Shown here: one piece after another, positions 9,100-18,632 of the stretch
How positions within the stretch are numbered: the stretch's first letter is position 1
How the letters are laid out: the number at the start of each line of letters is the position of its first letter
Translations under genes and position numbers: made by a program
Notes under the pieces: model-generated
Database searches by the model: none
Told to the model about the DNA's origin: nothing
What the model saw: only the letters and a program-made list of their open reading frames with translations
NCBI GenBank assembly: GCA_025058055.1
Contig: JANXEU010000005.1
Span: 45,467-77,466, forward strand
Source of the DNA: Candidatus Calditenuaceae archaeon
Lineage (GTDB): Archaea > Thermoproteota > Nitrososphaeria_A > Caldarchaeales > Calditenuaceae
Direction: 5' to 3'
DNA length: 32,000 bases

Positions 9100-9731
9100 C
9101 TTCCGATGCTACAGTGTCTCCGGAGTTAGAGGTCGCAGAGATCTTAGTGAAGTCGAACGCTCACCTTGGCGCGAAGGTCAAGGTATCTCATATGGAGCGG
9201 TTCGTCTTCAGACAGAGGTCCGACGGCGTACACCTCTTCGATGTCAAAAGGACGTTAGAAAGGCTCAACCTCGCAGCTAGACTGATCGCCCTCTTTCCAC
9301 CTGAGAAGGTCGTGGCTGTATCGACGCACATCTACGGCACCAAGGCCGTTCAGAGGTTCGCCGAAGTCACAGGGTCTCATGCTATCTCTGGTAAGATTCC
9401 AGCAGGCGCTTTCACCAACAGGGCCCTGCGATACTACTCGGAGCCTGAGGTCATCGTTGTCTCTGATCCACGATTCGACGCACAGGTCGTCAACGAGGCA
9501 CGAATAGCGAAGATACCTGTCATAGCTATGTGCAGCAGCGACAACACCACTTCCAACGTCGACCTGGTCATACCCATCAACAACCGAGGTAGGTTATCAC
9601 TTCCCTTCGGTTTCTGGTACCTATCAAGGCGCGTATTGATCGAGAGGGGTCAGGCAACTCCTGAGCTCCTCACCAGAATAACCCTTGAACAGTTCGTCAC
9701 AACCGCTGCAGTTGAGGGCGTTGAGGAGTAA
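9096..9731 (+). CDS. rps2: 30S ribosomal protein uS2
   Basis: The sequence LLVKSNAHLGAK...MERFVFRQRSDGVHLFDVKRT matches uS2. The rpoN-eno-rps2 order is the conserved archaeal arrangement. It overlaps the eno stop by 4 nt. Confidence 0.9.
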   Translation: MTSDATVSPELEVAEILVKSNAHLGAKVKVSHMERFVFRQRSDGVHLFDVKRTLERLNLAARLIALFPPEKVVAVSTHIYGTKAVQRFAEVTGSHAISGKIPAGAFTNRALRYYSEPEVIVVSDPRFDAQVVNEARIAKIPVIAMCSSDNTTSNVDLVIPINNRGRLSLPFGFWYLSRRVLIERGQATPELLTRITLEQFVTTAAVEGVEE

Positions 9732-9752
9732 CTCAGATGCTGAGGAAGGGCT

Positions 9753-10475
9753 GTGAACCCACTCGAGCTCGTGAACGCAGCAATCGCCTCGCTCATGCTG
9801 GCAGTCGCCTCTTACATGGACCTGAAGAGAAGAGAGGTGGACGACTGGGTGTGGATGTTGCTCTCGTCGCTAACTCTTCCCTTGACCTTGTACCTCTGCT
9901 TGCTGCGTTGGGACACTCAGTATCCGCTTATAGTCGCGGCGTCCGTAGCCCTCTCTAGCCTCTTGGCGTTGATCTTCTATAAGTTCGAGTTCTACGGCGG
10001 CGCCGACGCTAAGGCCGTCATATCTCTCGCGCTCGCCCTTCCTGCCTCGTTCTACGGCAACAGGTTTCACCCCTTCTACCCTATCACGACCCTCCTCAAC
10101 GGCCTGTTGGTCTCCCTCTCCGTACCGGTATCCCTCTTAACCTACAACTTAGTCGTCCGGCCCGTCCTCCGGGGAGAGCCTGTCTTCGCAGGACTGGAAG
10201 GTCTCCCGCTTCACAAGAGGATCGGGGCCCTTTTCCTTGGAACGAGGGTCGACTGGCCCAAGACCTTTTGGGCGAAGATCCTCCTTAAGAACGGCGAGCG
10301 GCTTTCCCTCTCTCCCCCCCTCGAGAACTACTTCCCAAACCCGTTGAGCGGAACTCCAGAGAGAACGTGGGCCACACCCGGAATACCCTTGATAATCTTC
10401 ATAGCTTTAGGCCACGCGCTGAACGTCCTCTACGGCGACCTGCTCTTTCCCGTTGTCACTCTGTTGTCGAGATAG
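9753..10475 (+). CDS. A24-family aspartic peptidase (prepilin/preflagellin peptidase, PibD/FlaK-like)
   Basis: It is a polytopic membrane protein. The first catalytic Asp context is SYMDLKRREVDD and the GxGD-type motif is YGGADAK. Confidence 0.7.
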   Translation: MNPLELVNAAIASLMLAVASYMDLKRREVDDWVWMLLSSLTLPLTLYLCLLRWDTQYPLIVAASVALSSLLALIFYKFEFYGGADAKAVISLALALPASFYGNRFHPFYPITTLLNGLLVSLSVPVSLLTYNLVVRPVLRGEPVFAGLEGLPLHKRIGALFLGTRVDWPKTFWAKILLKNGERLSLSPPLENYFPNPLSGTPERTWATPGIPLIIFIALGHALNVLYGDLLFPVVTLLSR

Positions 10476-10800
10476 CCTTCTCTATCTCCCTCATTGCGAT
10501 TCCCAGCCTCAGGGCCTCCTTAAGCCTCGGCATGATACTCTCGAGGATCCTCTCGGCCTTGGCTCGGTTCCTTGCTAATACCACGCCGCGCCTTGTAAGG
10601 CTGAACTTCCTGTTCCTCTTCGCTTTGTCGCTTAACACCAGACCGTTCTTAACGAGCCTGTTCAGAGAGAGGTAAAGCGTAGGTTTCTTTATCTTAGTTT
10701 CCCTCTCAAGTTGCGAAACAGTCATAGGTGATTTCAATAGAGATTTCAATATTATCGGTTCCGAATAGCCCTTAGGATTTCTCTTGAGCTTCCTAACCAT
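10456..10800 (-). CDS. Small winged-helix transcriptional regulator
   Basis: The sequence ILKSLLKSPMTVSQLERETKIKKPTLYLSLNRLVKNGLV is a typical wHTH. An AT-rich TATA-like tract (10824-10836) lies upstream. Confidence 0.5.
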   Translation of the reverse strand: MVRKLKRNPKGYSEPIILKSLLKSPMTVSQLERETKIKKPTLYLSLNRLVKNGLVLSDKAKRNRKFSLTRRGVVLARNRAKAERILESIMPRLKEALRLGIAMREIEKAISTTE

Positions 10801-10860
10801 CGATATAGATATAGTTAAACCTCTATATATTTTTAATTCAACCTAGATTTCTGGTAAAAA

Positions 10861-11397
10861 TCAGGTTCTAATCATGGTTAAGGTTTGAACGGATTCCAAT
10901 ATCAGAAATTCTAATAACGCCGCGACGAACAGTACGAGTACTCCGAGTCCTATCATGTAAGCTACTAGTCTTATTTGGGATTTGAGTTCTCTTTTGATCA
11001 CCGACAAAAGAATTCTAATGCCTTCGTTGAAACATATTCCATAGGCAAAAAACTCTAATGCACCATATATAGCAAGAATGGGGACGAGAGCAAGCGCGAT
11101 GGGAGGGACGCCCGTGGTTATTGCAATCGCCGATACGTAAAGACCAGTGTTGTAAATGACGTAGATCCCCGCAGCCGTTCCGATCAAGGGCACGGACATC
11201 AGCAAAGCAATCGCGGCGTTGTTAGCGAAGATCGTCAAGGGTGAGTCGATGGAGACAGCGATAGACGTCAGCTCATCAGCCATGCGTTGTGCGACATCCC
11301 GGTCGAGTGGTTCGTGTGCTGTAACTGCGAAGATCGCGTACAAGATAGCTGTGGAGATCGCAGCCCACTTAAGCCTGATTGTTACCCACAAACTCAA
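10861..11397 (-). CDS. Integral membrane protein, SpoIIM/DUF95-like
   Basis: It has 5-6 TM helices and a pattern resembling the stage II sporulation protein M family (ALEFFAYGI...). The call is tentative. Confidence 0.45.
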   Translation of the reverse strand: MSLWVTIRLKWAAISTAILYAIFAVTAHEPLDRDVAQRMADELTSIAVSIDSPLTIFANNAAIALLMSVPLIGTAAGIYVIYNTGLYVSAIAITTGVPPIALALVPILAIYGALEFFAYGICFNEGIRILLSVIKRELKSQIRLVAYMIGLGVLVLFVAALLEFLILESVQTLTMIRT

Positions 11398-12428
11398 CCG
11401 CCCTCGATGGCGCGCCTGATTCTACTGATCGTTGGGATCTCTCTGGGATCGACGTTCCTCAGAGCAGCCGCGTAGAGGCTAACGGCGTCTGCCCACATGA
11501 TCGCAGACATCAGCTCGTACACCACGCTACCCGTGAACGTGAAGTTGTGCTCAAGGTCCAGCAACGAACTGAGTACGTTGAACTGCAAGGAAACGTCATG
11601 AGGCTCGTTCCTTGACCTCAAGGCTATGTGTTTGAGTCCCCTGAAAACTGACAAACCCTCAACAGTGTTGTGTAAGTTCTCAGGAACTTCGTGGACGACA
11701 CACGGGAGCTTAGCGTTCTCAGCGAGCTGGTTCCGCAGCCTCAAGGCTGCCACACTGAGGTGTCCCCAGGCGAAGACGCTCAGCACTCCCTCTGAAATCA
11801 TTACTGCGCATTTCTTCGCTTCGTTCTCCTCTAACTTCACTTCAGGAGATATTCGTCTCCAAAAGGTTGTAAGCCTCTCGGCAGCTGAGGAGATGGTCTC
11901 GGAGGACAGCTCCTCACAGTCGGAAACCCTGTGGTAGATCGCCGCTAGCACACCGAACATCTCTGGCAACGACATCCTGGGAGTCATGCCTGCCGTCAGC
12001 TTAAGGACCGACAGTCCCTGCTCCTCCGCGAACTGCAAGAGATTGCCTCCACTGGCTACCACCAGCGGCCGCACTCCCTTCTTCGTCAGCAGGTCAAGAG
12101 CCCTGATAACCTCCTGTGTCTTGCCGGAATAGCTTACGAGAGCTACGAGGTCTTGTCCTCCTATCCATGAGGGTGGATGTGATCCGCTCGAGACGATCAC
12201 AGGTGTCTTTGCGAAGGTAGACGAAAGAGACGCAAGCATCGTGCCAGGCATCGCGGAACCACCCAAACCGTACACGACGAAGGCCCTAATCGGCCGCTCC
12301 TCAACGGCCACCTTAGCACCTTTCACAAGTCCTATCTTGTAGAGGACAGGTTGATCGGAGACCTGCTTGATCATGGGGCCATATCTCTCATCGTTCATGA
12401 GATCGGTGAATTCGAAGGTTGACCTCAA
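11394..12428 (-). CDS. Bifunctional phosphoglucose/phosphomannose isomerase (SIS domain)
   Basis: The YGLGGSAMPG and SYSGKTQE motifs indicate a SIS domain. Size and pattern match crenarchaeal PGI/PMI. Confidence 0.7.
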   Translation of the reverse strand: MRSTFEFTDLMNDERYGPMIKQVSDQPVLYKIGLVKGAKVAVEERPIRAFVVYGLGGSAMPGTMLASLSSTFAKTPVIVSSGSHPPSWIGGQDLVALVSYSGKTQEVIRALDLLTKKGVRPLVVASGGNLLQFAEEQGLSVLKLTAGMTPRMSLPEMFGVLAAIYHRVSDCEELSSETISSAAERLTTFWRRISPEVKLEENEAKKCAVMISEGVLSVFAWGHLSVAALRLRNQLAENAKLPCVVHEVPENLHNTVEGLSVFRGLKHIALRSRNEPHDVSLQFNVLSSLLDLEHNFTFTGSVVYELMSAIMWADAVSLYAAALRNVDPREIPTISRIRRAIEGG

Positions 12429-13288
12429 CTTCCGCTCTTCACCTCAATCCTCTCGATAGAGTCCGGCATAAGTCTCTTGACCCGGTCGTGAAGTTCTCTG
12501 AGCACCGACTCTACCAACTTCTCCACCTCTCCTTCACTACTCCCCTCACCGTGAACGATCACTTCCACAACCGAACGGCCTGCCTCGATACCTTTAGGGT
12601 GAGACTTGATGTACACCAGCTTTGACTTCTTGCTTACGGAGCTTAACAAAGGAGCCAGAGTCGACTCAGGAACTCCCCTCACCACCAACCCGCCCACGTA
12701 ACGATAAACACGCTTCGCGTTCCTTAAAATCAGGGGCTCAACCTCGTTCTCGTAGATGTCCTTCATCTCCGATGGAACCCCTGGCAACGAGACTATCCAA
12801 GACCTCCCGTGCTTTAGGAGCGATCCGGGAGCGGATCCGACGCGGTTCCGCAACGCCTTCGCCCCCCTCGGCAGCATAGCCATCTTCAATCTCGCCGGCG
12901 TGAGCTCCCTCTCCCTCACGACCCCCATCTCGTAGAGCTTAGCGTAACGCTCTCTCAGCATTTCCAACCCCTCGGAGTTCAAGGTCAACTTCCTCCTAGT
13001 TGCGAAGGAGACTCCCTGAAGCGTCATGTCGTCATCGGTCGGCCCCAATCCGCCGGTGGTGACAACCCACTCAGTACCCCTCCTTAAGGCTTCCCTGATA
13101 GCTGTCGCAATTTCACGCAGGTCGTCTCTCACCAAAGTGATCCGCCTCACGTGAAGACCCGATGCGTAGAGGCGCTTCGCCAACCAGTTGCTGTTAGTGT
13201 CTAGGACCTCCCCGTTCAGGACCTCGTTACCCACCACAATTATCTCCACGCTGGACGACTTACCCCTCCCCATCTGCTCATTGACCAA
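12425..13288 (-). CDS. CinA-like / MoCF-biosynthesis (MoaB/MogA-like) domain protein
   Basis: The sequence IIVVGNEVLNGEVLDTNSNWLAKRL...VVTTGGLGPTDDD is characteristic of the CinA N-terminal domain. Confidence 0.7.
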   Translation of the reverse strand: MVNEQMGRGKSSSVEIIVVGNEVLNGEVLDTNSNWLAKRLYASGLHVRRITLVRDDLREIATAIREALRRGTEWVVTTGGLGPTDDDMTLQGVSFATRRKLTLNSEGLEMLRERYAKLYEMGVVRERELTPARLKMAMLPRGAKALRNRVGSAPGSLLKHGRSWIVSLPGVPSEMKDIYENEVEPLILRNAKRVYRYVGGLVVRGVPESTLAPLLSSVSKKSKLVYIKSHPKGIEAGRSVVEVIVHGEGSSEGEVEKLVESVLRELHDRVKRLMPDSIERIEVKSGS

Positions 13289-13315
13289 CTCGGAACCTAT
13301 TATCTTCTTTTTGAA

Positions 13316-14035
13316 GTGCGCGAGTTCTCCTTCGAATTGCGCATCGCCGTGTCGTGGAGCACCGGAAAGGACAGCGCCCTTGTTCTACACGAGCTCATCA
13401 GCGACCGCCAAGAGGTCGTATGCTTGTTGACGACGCTCACCGAGAGTTACGACAGGGTGACGATGCACGGCGTTAGGAGGGAGCTTCTCCTGCAACAGGC
13501 TGAGTCGCTCGGAGTAGAGCTAATGGAGGTCTGGATACCGCCGAACGCGTCAAACGAAGTATACGATAGAAGGATGTCTGATGCTCTGATGCGTCTCAGG
13601 AGAGATTACGGCGTCGAGGCCATCGCCTTCGGTGACATATGGCTCGAGGACGTCCGACGGTACAGGGAGGAGAGGATGAGAGGGACTGGAGTTGAGTTGA
13701 TCTTCCCGCTCTGGGGCAGAAAACCTCTCGATGTGGTCGAGCGGGTTGTAAGGCTTGGCTACAAAGCGAAGATATGCGTCGTGGACGGGTCCCTAGCCGA
13801 CCCAGCTGCTCTTCTTGGACGGGAACTGAACGAAGAACTTCTGAGATCGTGGTTCGAAGGCATAGATCCAGCGGGTGAGCGTGGTGAGTTTCACACGTTC
13901 GTCTACGACGGTCCCACCTTCAGGTTTCCCGTGCGGTTCGAGGTAGGTAGGGTCGTCGTGAGGGAGGGAAGGTTTCACTACGTCGACCTCCTTCCAATAC
14001 CACGCGACCTCAACTCGCGTCCTGAAGGTTTTTGA
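13316..14035 (+). CDS. PP-loop ATP pyrophosphatase, MJ0570/Dph6-like (COG2102)
   Basis: SWSTGKDS is an SGGKDS-type PP-loop. GERGEFHTFVYDGP is typical of the diphthine-ammonia ligase-like family. Confidence 0.65.
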   Translation: MREFSFELRIAVSWSTGKDSALVLHELISDRQEVVCLLTTLTESYDRVTMHGVRRELLLQQAESLGVELMEVWIPPNASNEVYDRRMSDALMRLRRDYGVEAIAFGDIWLEDVRRYREERMRGTGVELIFPLWGRKPLDVVERVVRLGYKAKICVVDGSLADPAALLGRELNEELLRSWFEGIDPAGERGEFHTFVYDGPTFRFPVRFEVGRVVVREGRFHYVDLLPIPRDLNSRPEGF

Positions 14036-14036
14036 T

Positions 14037-14789
14037 GTGGCCGCCTGCTTTTCGGGTAAGGTGACTCGCTTGGGTTTCAGGAACTCGACCCTCAGGACCC
14101 TCGTGGTCTACGAACCGGACATGAAAGGTTACCGCCTCGACGGGGCTACCTTCATCGAGGGGCTACCGGGCATCGGAATGGTCTCCAAAGTGGCCATAGC
14201 GCACATCCTAGGAGTTGTAAATGCGAGACGGGTCTGCAGGCTGTACTCCCCAGAGTTTCCGACCTCTGCTTTCATCTCCGATGGAAGGATCGTCCTGAAC
14301 TTCGCCGATATCTACGCGGTCGAGGATCCGTCACCGACGCTGATAATGTATGGGACTTCTCAGCCTTCATCCAGTTACGGACAGTACGAGTTCTGCAGCA
14401 CCATTATAGAGCTGGTAAAAGGGATGGGCGCTGGGAGCGTGTTCACGATCGGAGGTCTCGGAGGTAGGGAAAGCGTAACGCCCAGACGCGAGGTCTATTG
14501 CTCTTCCACCGACAGATCGACGCTTCAGAAGTACGTTAAGCTGATCGACGGCCAGGTCTACTCAGGTCAGATCGTCGGTGCCGCGGGGATACTGATGAAC
14601 TTGGCAGGAATGGAAGGAATGGAGAACATGGGCATGCTGATAGAGGTCTCAGAGTCCACGCCCGATTACTACGCCTGCAAGAGGGCAGTGCAGGTCCTCG
14701 ATAAGCTGACGAGATTGAGGATAGGTGACGTGACCGTAGACGATGTCATCTCGGTCTCCTCTAAGACTATCGCACGTCTCGAGCATTAG
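14037..14789 (+). CDS. PAC2-family (proteasome assembly chaperone-like) protein
   Basis: The FIEGLPGIGMVSKVA motif and the overall pattern match PAC2. The start is uncertain (GTG 14037, TTG 14070 or ATG 14121). Confidence 0.65.
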   Translation: MAACFSGKVTRLGFRNSTLRTLVVYEPDMKGYRLDGATFIEGLPGIGMVSKVAIAHILGVVNARRVCRLYSPEFPTSAFISDGRIVLNFADIYAVEDPSPTLIMYGTSQPSSSYGQYEFCSTIIELVKGMGAGSVFTIGGLGGRESVTPRREVYCSSTDRSTLQKYVKLIDGQVYSGQIVGAAGILMNLAGMEGMENMGMLIEVSESTPDYYACKRAVQVLDKLTRLRIGDVTVDDVISVSSKTIARLEH

Positions 14790-14795
14790 CCCCTT

Positions 14796-15254
14796 TCATG
14801 TGACGCTCTTCTCGGCCTCTTCTTTCCTCCACTCCTCCCAGACCCTCTGAACCCTCTGAGCCGCCGTACCGGTTCCCTCCACGACGCCGTCCTTGGTAAC
14901 ACGTATCCTGTCCATCACCACTATCACGCCCGCATCCCTCAAGTACCTGACCATGTTGGGGAAAGACCTGCTTAGCCTCTCATACAAAGTGTCGAGCTCC
15001 GGGCCCTTCTCCAACACCTCTATAGAGGAGACCTCGCTGCCCGCGACGAACAGCTTCTTCGATGACCTGCCGTCGGATGAAGTGACTTCTGCCAGCCAGA
15101 GGCTGTAATCGGCCTGATTGAAGGCCACAAGCCTCCCCGTCAACCTGAGACCTGACTTGAGCAGCACCGAGACAGACCTGTCAAGCGTAGAAGCGAACTC
15201 CTCCGTGAACCTCTTCGCTGCAACCGCCGACACCTCCAGCACCCTATAAACCAA
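14796..15254 (-). CDS. Sm-like (LSm) domain protein with a C-terminal extension, SmAP3-like
   Basis: The Sm-fold pattern is VSVLLKSGLRLTGRLVAFNQADYSLWLAEV...KLFVAGSEVSSIEV. The 152-aa length matches crenarchaeal SmAP3. Confidence 0.45.
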   Translation of the reverse strand: MVYRVLEVSAVAAKRFTEEFASTLDRSVSVLLKSGLRLTGRLVAFNQADYSLWLAEVTSSDGRSSKKLFVAGSEVSSIEVLEKGPELDTLYERLSRSFPNMVRYLRDAGVIVVMDRIRVTKDGVVEGTGTAAQRVQRVWEEWRKEEAEKSVT

Positions 15255-15299
15255 AAGAGAGCTAGTACGTAACGTTTAACACGAGAACTCCTCAGTTCA

Positions 15300-17267
15300 T
15301 CACTTGCCTCTCGTGGCGACTAACTTCTTGACTCCCGACCTGATGACCGTCTTGATCGCGTCCCTCACCTCGGTCATCGTGAAGGGCCGGCCGTTGAACT
15401 TAAGCACGTAATTGGTCGGCTCGAGTCCAGCGTTCATCCTCATCAGCAGCGCCATCTGGCCCATGTAGTTCTGCTCGAGATCGATCACCCTTTTCGCGTT
15501 CTTGAGGGTCTCCTTGATCAATTCTCCGGGGAAAGGCCAAAGCAACTTCACCTGAAGGAAAGCTATGTCCTGCTCGAACCCCTCCTCCCGTAGGAGTTCG
15601 AGTGCGTCCAGTATGGGGCCCTTCGTTGAGCCCCAACTGATTATCCAGTTCTCAGCTGAAGCGTTGCCGTATACGGAGACCTTTTCATCCGCGGGTATCT
15701 CCTTGTCGGCCAGTTCCAGTTTCTTCATCCTCTTCTCCATCATTCTAACCCTGTTTACCGGATCCTCGGATATGTGGCCGTGTTCGTCGTGCTCGTCACC
15801 CGTGTTCCAGAAGACCGCGTCCTTCGTTCCTAGCGGAATCCTCGGTGAGATGCCTGAATCCGTAGGCTCGAACCTTCTGTAGTCCTTGTTCGAAACCCCC
15901 ATCAGAAGACCTCTGTCGATCACGACCTTGTTCAGGTCTGGAAACGGCACGCTCTGAGTCGAGTTAGCTATCGACTTGTCTAGCAGATGAATTACCGGCA
16001 TCTGATAGCGCTCCGCGTAATTGAACGCTTTGATCGTGTCGTAGAAGGCCTCCTCGATGTCCCCGGACGCTAGAACGATCCTCGGAGCCTCACCGTGCCC
16101 CGCGAAGACGCTGAAGAGCAGGTCTGACTGCTCGTGTCTGGTCGGAAGGCCCGTGCTCGGCCCTCCCCTCGAATAGATCGTGATCACGACCGGCACCTCA
16201 TTGATGCTCGCCCAATCGAGGCCCTCCGGCATCAGCGAGAACCCTGGACCAGAGGTCGCGGTGGCTGACCTGATACCTGCCAAAGAAGCCCCTATAGCCA
16301 GGTCTATGGCTGCGAGTTCGTCCTCTGTCTGGAAGACCACAATGGTCCCCTTCTCCGAGATGAACTTCGACTCGGTGAGTGCGGGTAGATCAGGCTCTCC
16401 GTCCGGCCTTATGCCGAACTCCATCTCGTCCTCGAGGTAAAAGCTTTCATCGGCCGCAGGTGTTATCGGGTAATACGACTGCACCCTACAACCTGAGGCG
16501 ATCTTCGCGATACCGACCATCGATGTGCCGGAGATCAGAACCCGTCTGCCGTTGTTGCCGTTGGGTATGGGCCTGAGGTTGACGTCGAGCCTTACACCTC
16601 CGAACTCAGCACCGACGTACTCGTAGGCGACTTGACATGCGATCATGTTGTTCCTAACTATCGCTTTCTTGGCTCTGAAGGCGTAACTGAGCCCTTTCTC
16701 AAGGAAGTTGAGCTCGCCGTTCAGGAGCTTGAAGGACGACGCGACCGCGAGCGTGTTTACCATCCTAGTCAAGGCGCTGAGCTGGGACTCACCGATTATC
16801 TCACCGACACGCTTGAGGAGGTCCATGTACGGCATCGGAATCACATTAACACCACTCTCCTCAACAGCCCTAACCACGTCCTTGAGTGTCCCCGATACTC
16901 CTCTCTCATCCAGATCCTGTTCGATCCGCTCGATCTCAGGAGGTTCCAGCATGGACTGGTTCTTGAGCCGCTCACCTTCCAAGTATTTGTCGTAGATCAA
17001 GACGCCGCCTTTCATCACTTCGAAGGCATGCCTGAAGACGGTCTCAGCGTCGAAGCTTGTGAGCACGTGCACCTCGTCGGTCACACTTCTGACTGCACCG
17101 TCTGAAGCGACCACCGTGAAGTAGCTGTGTCGGCCCTTGATGTTGGAGAAGTACTCCCTTTTGCCGTAAACGTTGTACCCTGATGAGGCGACCGAATACG
17201 CGAAGAAGTTCGCAGACGAGTCGACTCCGCTTCCCTGGGCCCCTCCTATCATCCACGAAACTCGCAT
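15300..17267 (-). CDS. 2-oxoacid:ferredoxin oxidoreductase, alpha subunit (fused gamma/alpha type)
   Basis: Motifs seen are GGAQGSGVDSSANFFA (gamma-like N-terminus), SYYPITPA and TATSGPGFSLM. The 655-aa length matches two-subunit crenarchaeal OFORs. A TATA-like TTAAATA (17292-17298) lies 25 nt upstream of the ATG. Confidence 0.85.
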   Translation of the reverse strand: MRVSWMIGGAQGSGVDSSANFFAYSVASSGYNVYGKREYFSNIKGRHSYFTVVASDGAVRSVTDEVHVLTSFDAETVFRHAFEVMKGGVLIYDKYLEGERLKNQSMLEPPEIERIEQDLDERGVSGTLKDVVRAVEESGVNVIPMPYMDLLKRVGEIIGESQLSALTRMVNTLAVASSFKLLNGELNFLEKGLSYAFRAKKAIVRNNMIACQVAYEYVGAEFGGVRLDVNLRPIPNGNNGRRVLISGTSMVGIAKIASGCRVQSYYPITPAADESFYLEDEMEFGIRPDGEPDLPALTESKFISEKGTIVVFQTEDELAAIDLAIGASLAGIRSATATSGPGFSLMPEGLDWASINEVPVVITIYSRGGPSTGLPTRHEQSDLLFSVFAGHGEAPRIVLASGDIEEAFYDTIKAFNYAERYQMPVIHLLDKSIANSTQSVPFPDLNKVVIDRGLLMGVSNKDYRRFEPTDSGISPRIPLGTKDAVFWNTGDEHDEHGHISEDPVNRVRMMEKRMKKLELADKEIPADEKVSVYGNASAENWIISWGSTKGPILDALELLREEGFEQDIAFLQVKLLWPFPGELIKETLKNAKRVIDLEQNYMGQMALLMRMNAGLEPTNYVLKFNGRPFTMTEVRDAIKTVIRSGVKKLVATRGK

Positions 17268-17361
17268 CTGTGGGTTGCCGGCCCACTCGTCTATTTAACG
17301 CATATTCAGCTCCCCATGTGTGGTAGATCGCTCTACAGAGACCCTCGCTGAGGACGACTCG

Positions 17362-17973
17362 TCAGTCGACCTTGATCTGTCTGGCAGGACGTTTCGCGAC
17401 CTTCTTGGGTAACGTGACCTCGAGGACGCCGTTGTTGTAGCTGGCCTTCGAGTTGTCGGCATCCACCTCAGCCGGTAAGTCAACCTCCTTGTAGTACCTG
17501 CGCTGCTCGGTTTCGACCCTTATGACGAGCTTGGAGTCTGAGACGTTCAGGCTTATGTCCTCCTTCCTCACACCGGGGACCTCTGCGACCACCCTCACCT
17601 TGTCCTCCTCGTCGAGGACATCAACAAGTGGCTCTCTTTCCACCTTCAGCATCGGCGGCTCCCCTCTCCTCCCGGGTCTGACGTTTCCGAACTCCCTCAC
17701 GATCGGTCTGCCGTCAGGGCCGATGGTGATGGAGTACCCGTAGACTATCGGGCCGATCTCCCTTCTCACGCCGGTCGGTGTCCTCACTTCCCTCACTAAA
17801 TCCTTGGGCAACTCCCTCTCGAACCTCCTGAACTCCTCTTCAAACCAACGCTCGAACTCCCTCATCATCTCATCGATGAGCTCGAAGGGCCTCCACCGCC
17901 TCCTCCACCAAGGAGGGTAATCTTCACTCACGTATAGTTTGATAGTGTTCACACTAATAAATCTTTCTTTCAA
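17362..17973 (-). CDS. Hsp20/alpha-crystallin small heat-shock protein
   Basis: The ACD pattern is LVDVLDEEDKVRVVAEVPGVRKEDISLNV...ASYNNGVLEVTLPK. The track start is a TTG. An alternative GTG at 17931 sits 24 nt downstream of TTTATTA (17955-17961). Confidence 0.85.
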   Translation of the reverse strand: MKERFISVNTIKLYVSEDYPPWWRRRWRPFELIDEMMREFERWFEEEFRRFERELPKDLVREVRTPTGVRREIGPIVYGYSITIGPDGRPIVREFGNVRPGRRGEPPMLKVEREPLVDVLDEEDKVRVVAEVPGVRKEDISLNVSDSKLVIRVETEQRRYYKEVDLPAEVDADNSKASYNNGVLEVTLPKKVAKRPARQIKVD

Positions 17974-18143
17974 ATTCGATACAACAAGAGAAAATTAGCG
18001 CAAGGTCGCGGCATGCATCGTCAACCGACGTGCGGCAACGTGATCGGAGCGGATCGCTGCGGTCGATTCGAGCTGTCGTCACCGTAAACGAGGGTGCGCC
18101 GATATCGAACGACTATTGATTAAGTGAGTCAAGCTTAATTCGC

Positions 18144-18620
18144 GTGTCATCGCTAGATGGAGCGGGTTTGATGGAGGCCGCGATTTACGGACTGCTCGCA
18201 GGCCTTGTCGCGACCGCGGTGATGAGCGTCCCTCAGTACTTCTTCTGGAGGCGATGGTCCACGATCGGCATCCTCGAGTGGCACGAGAACCAAGTGATCG
18301 CCTCAAAGTTGACGGGTCGAGGTCCCGAGGACTCCTTCCTCATCGGGTTCCTCTTCCACTTCGCGAACGGGGGGATAGCGGCGATGGCGTACGGTGTGGT
18401 GATCGCGCTTCTGCCCCAACTCTCCCAGCTAGGGCCCCTGATCCTCGGTTCAGGGTTCGGGGTGCTCCTCTGGGTCTTCACCCTCGCGTTGATTCACTGG
18501 CCGCTGACCGGCGTCTCGATCAGGAAGCACCCGCTCGGATGGAGGCCCTCGGTCCTTAGCATCGCGCTCCACATCCTATACGGCACTGTAGTCGCATACA
18601 TTGTCGACGTGAACCTCTGA
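18144..18620 (+). CDS. Hypothetical integral membrane protein (about 4 TM helices)
   Basis: The evidence is the hydrophobic helix pattern and genome-typical GC3 codon usage. The start is probably the ATG at 18171 (MEAAIYGLLAG...). Confidence 0.5.
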   Translation: MSSLDGAGLMEAAIYGLLAGLVATAVMSVPQYFFWRRWSTIGILEWHENQVIASKLTGRGPEDSFLIGFLFHFANGGIAAMAYGVVIALLPQLSQLGPLILGSGFGVLLWVFTLALIHWPLTGVSIRKHPLGWRPSVLSIALHILYGTVVAYIVDVNL

Positions 18621-18632
18621 CATCTGGCTCTG

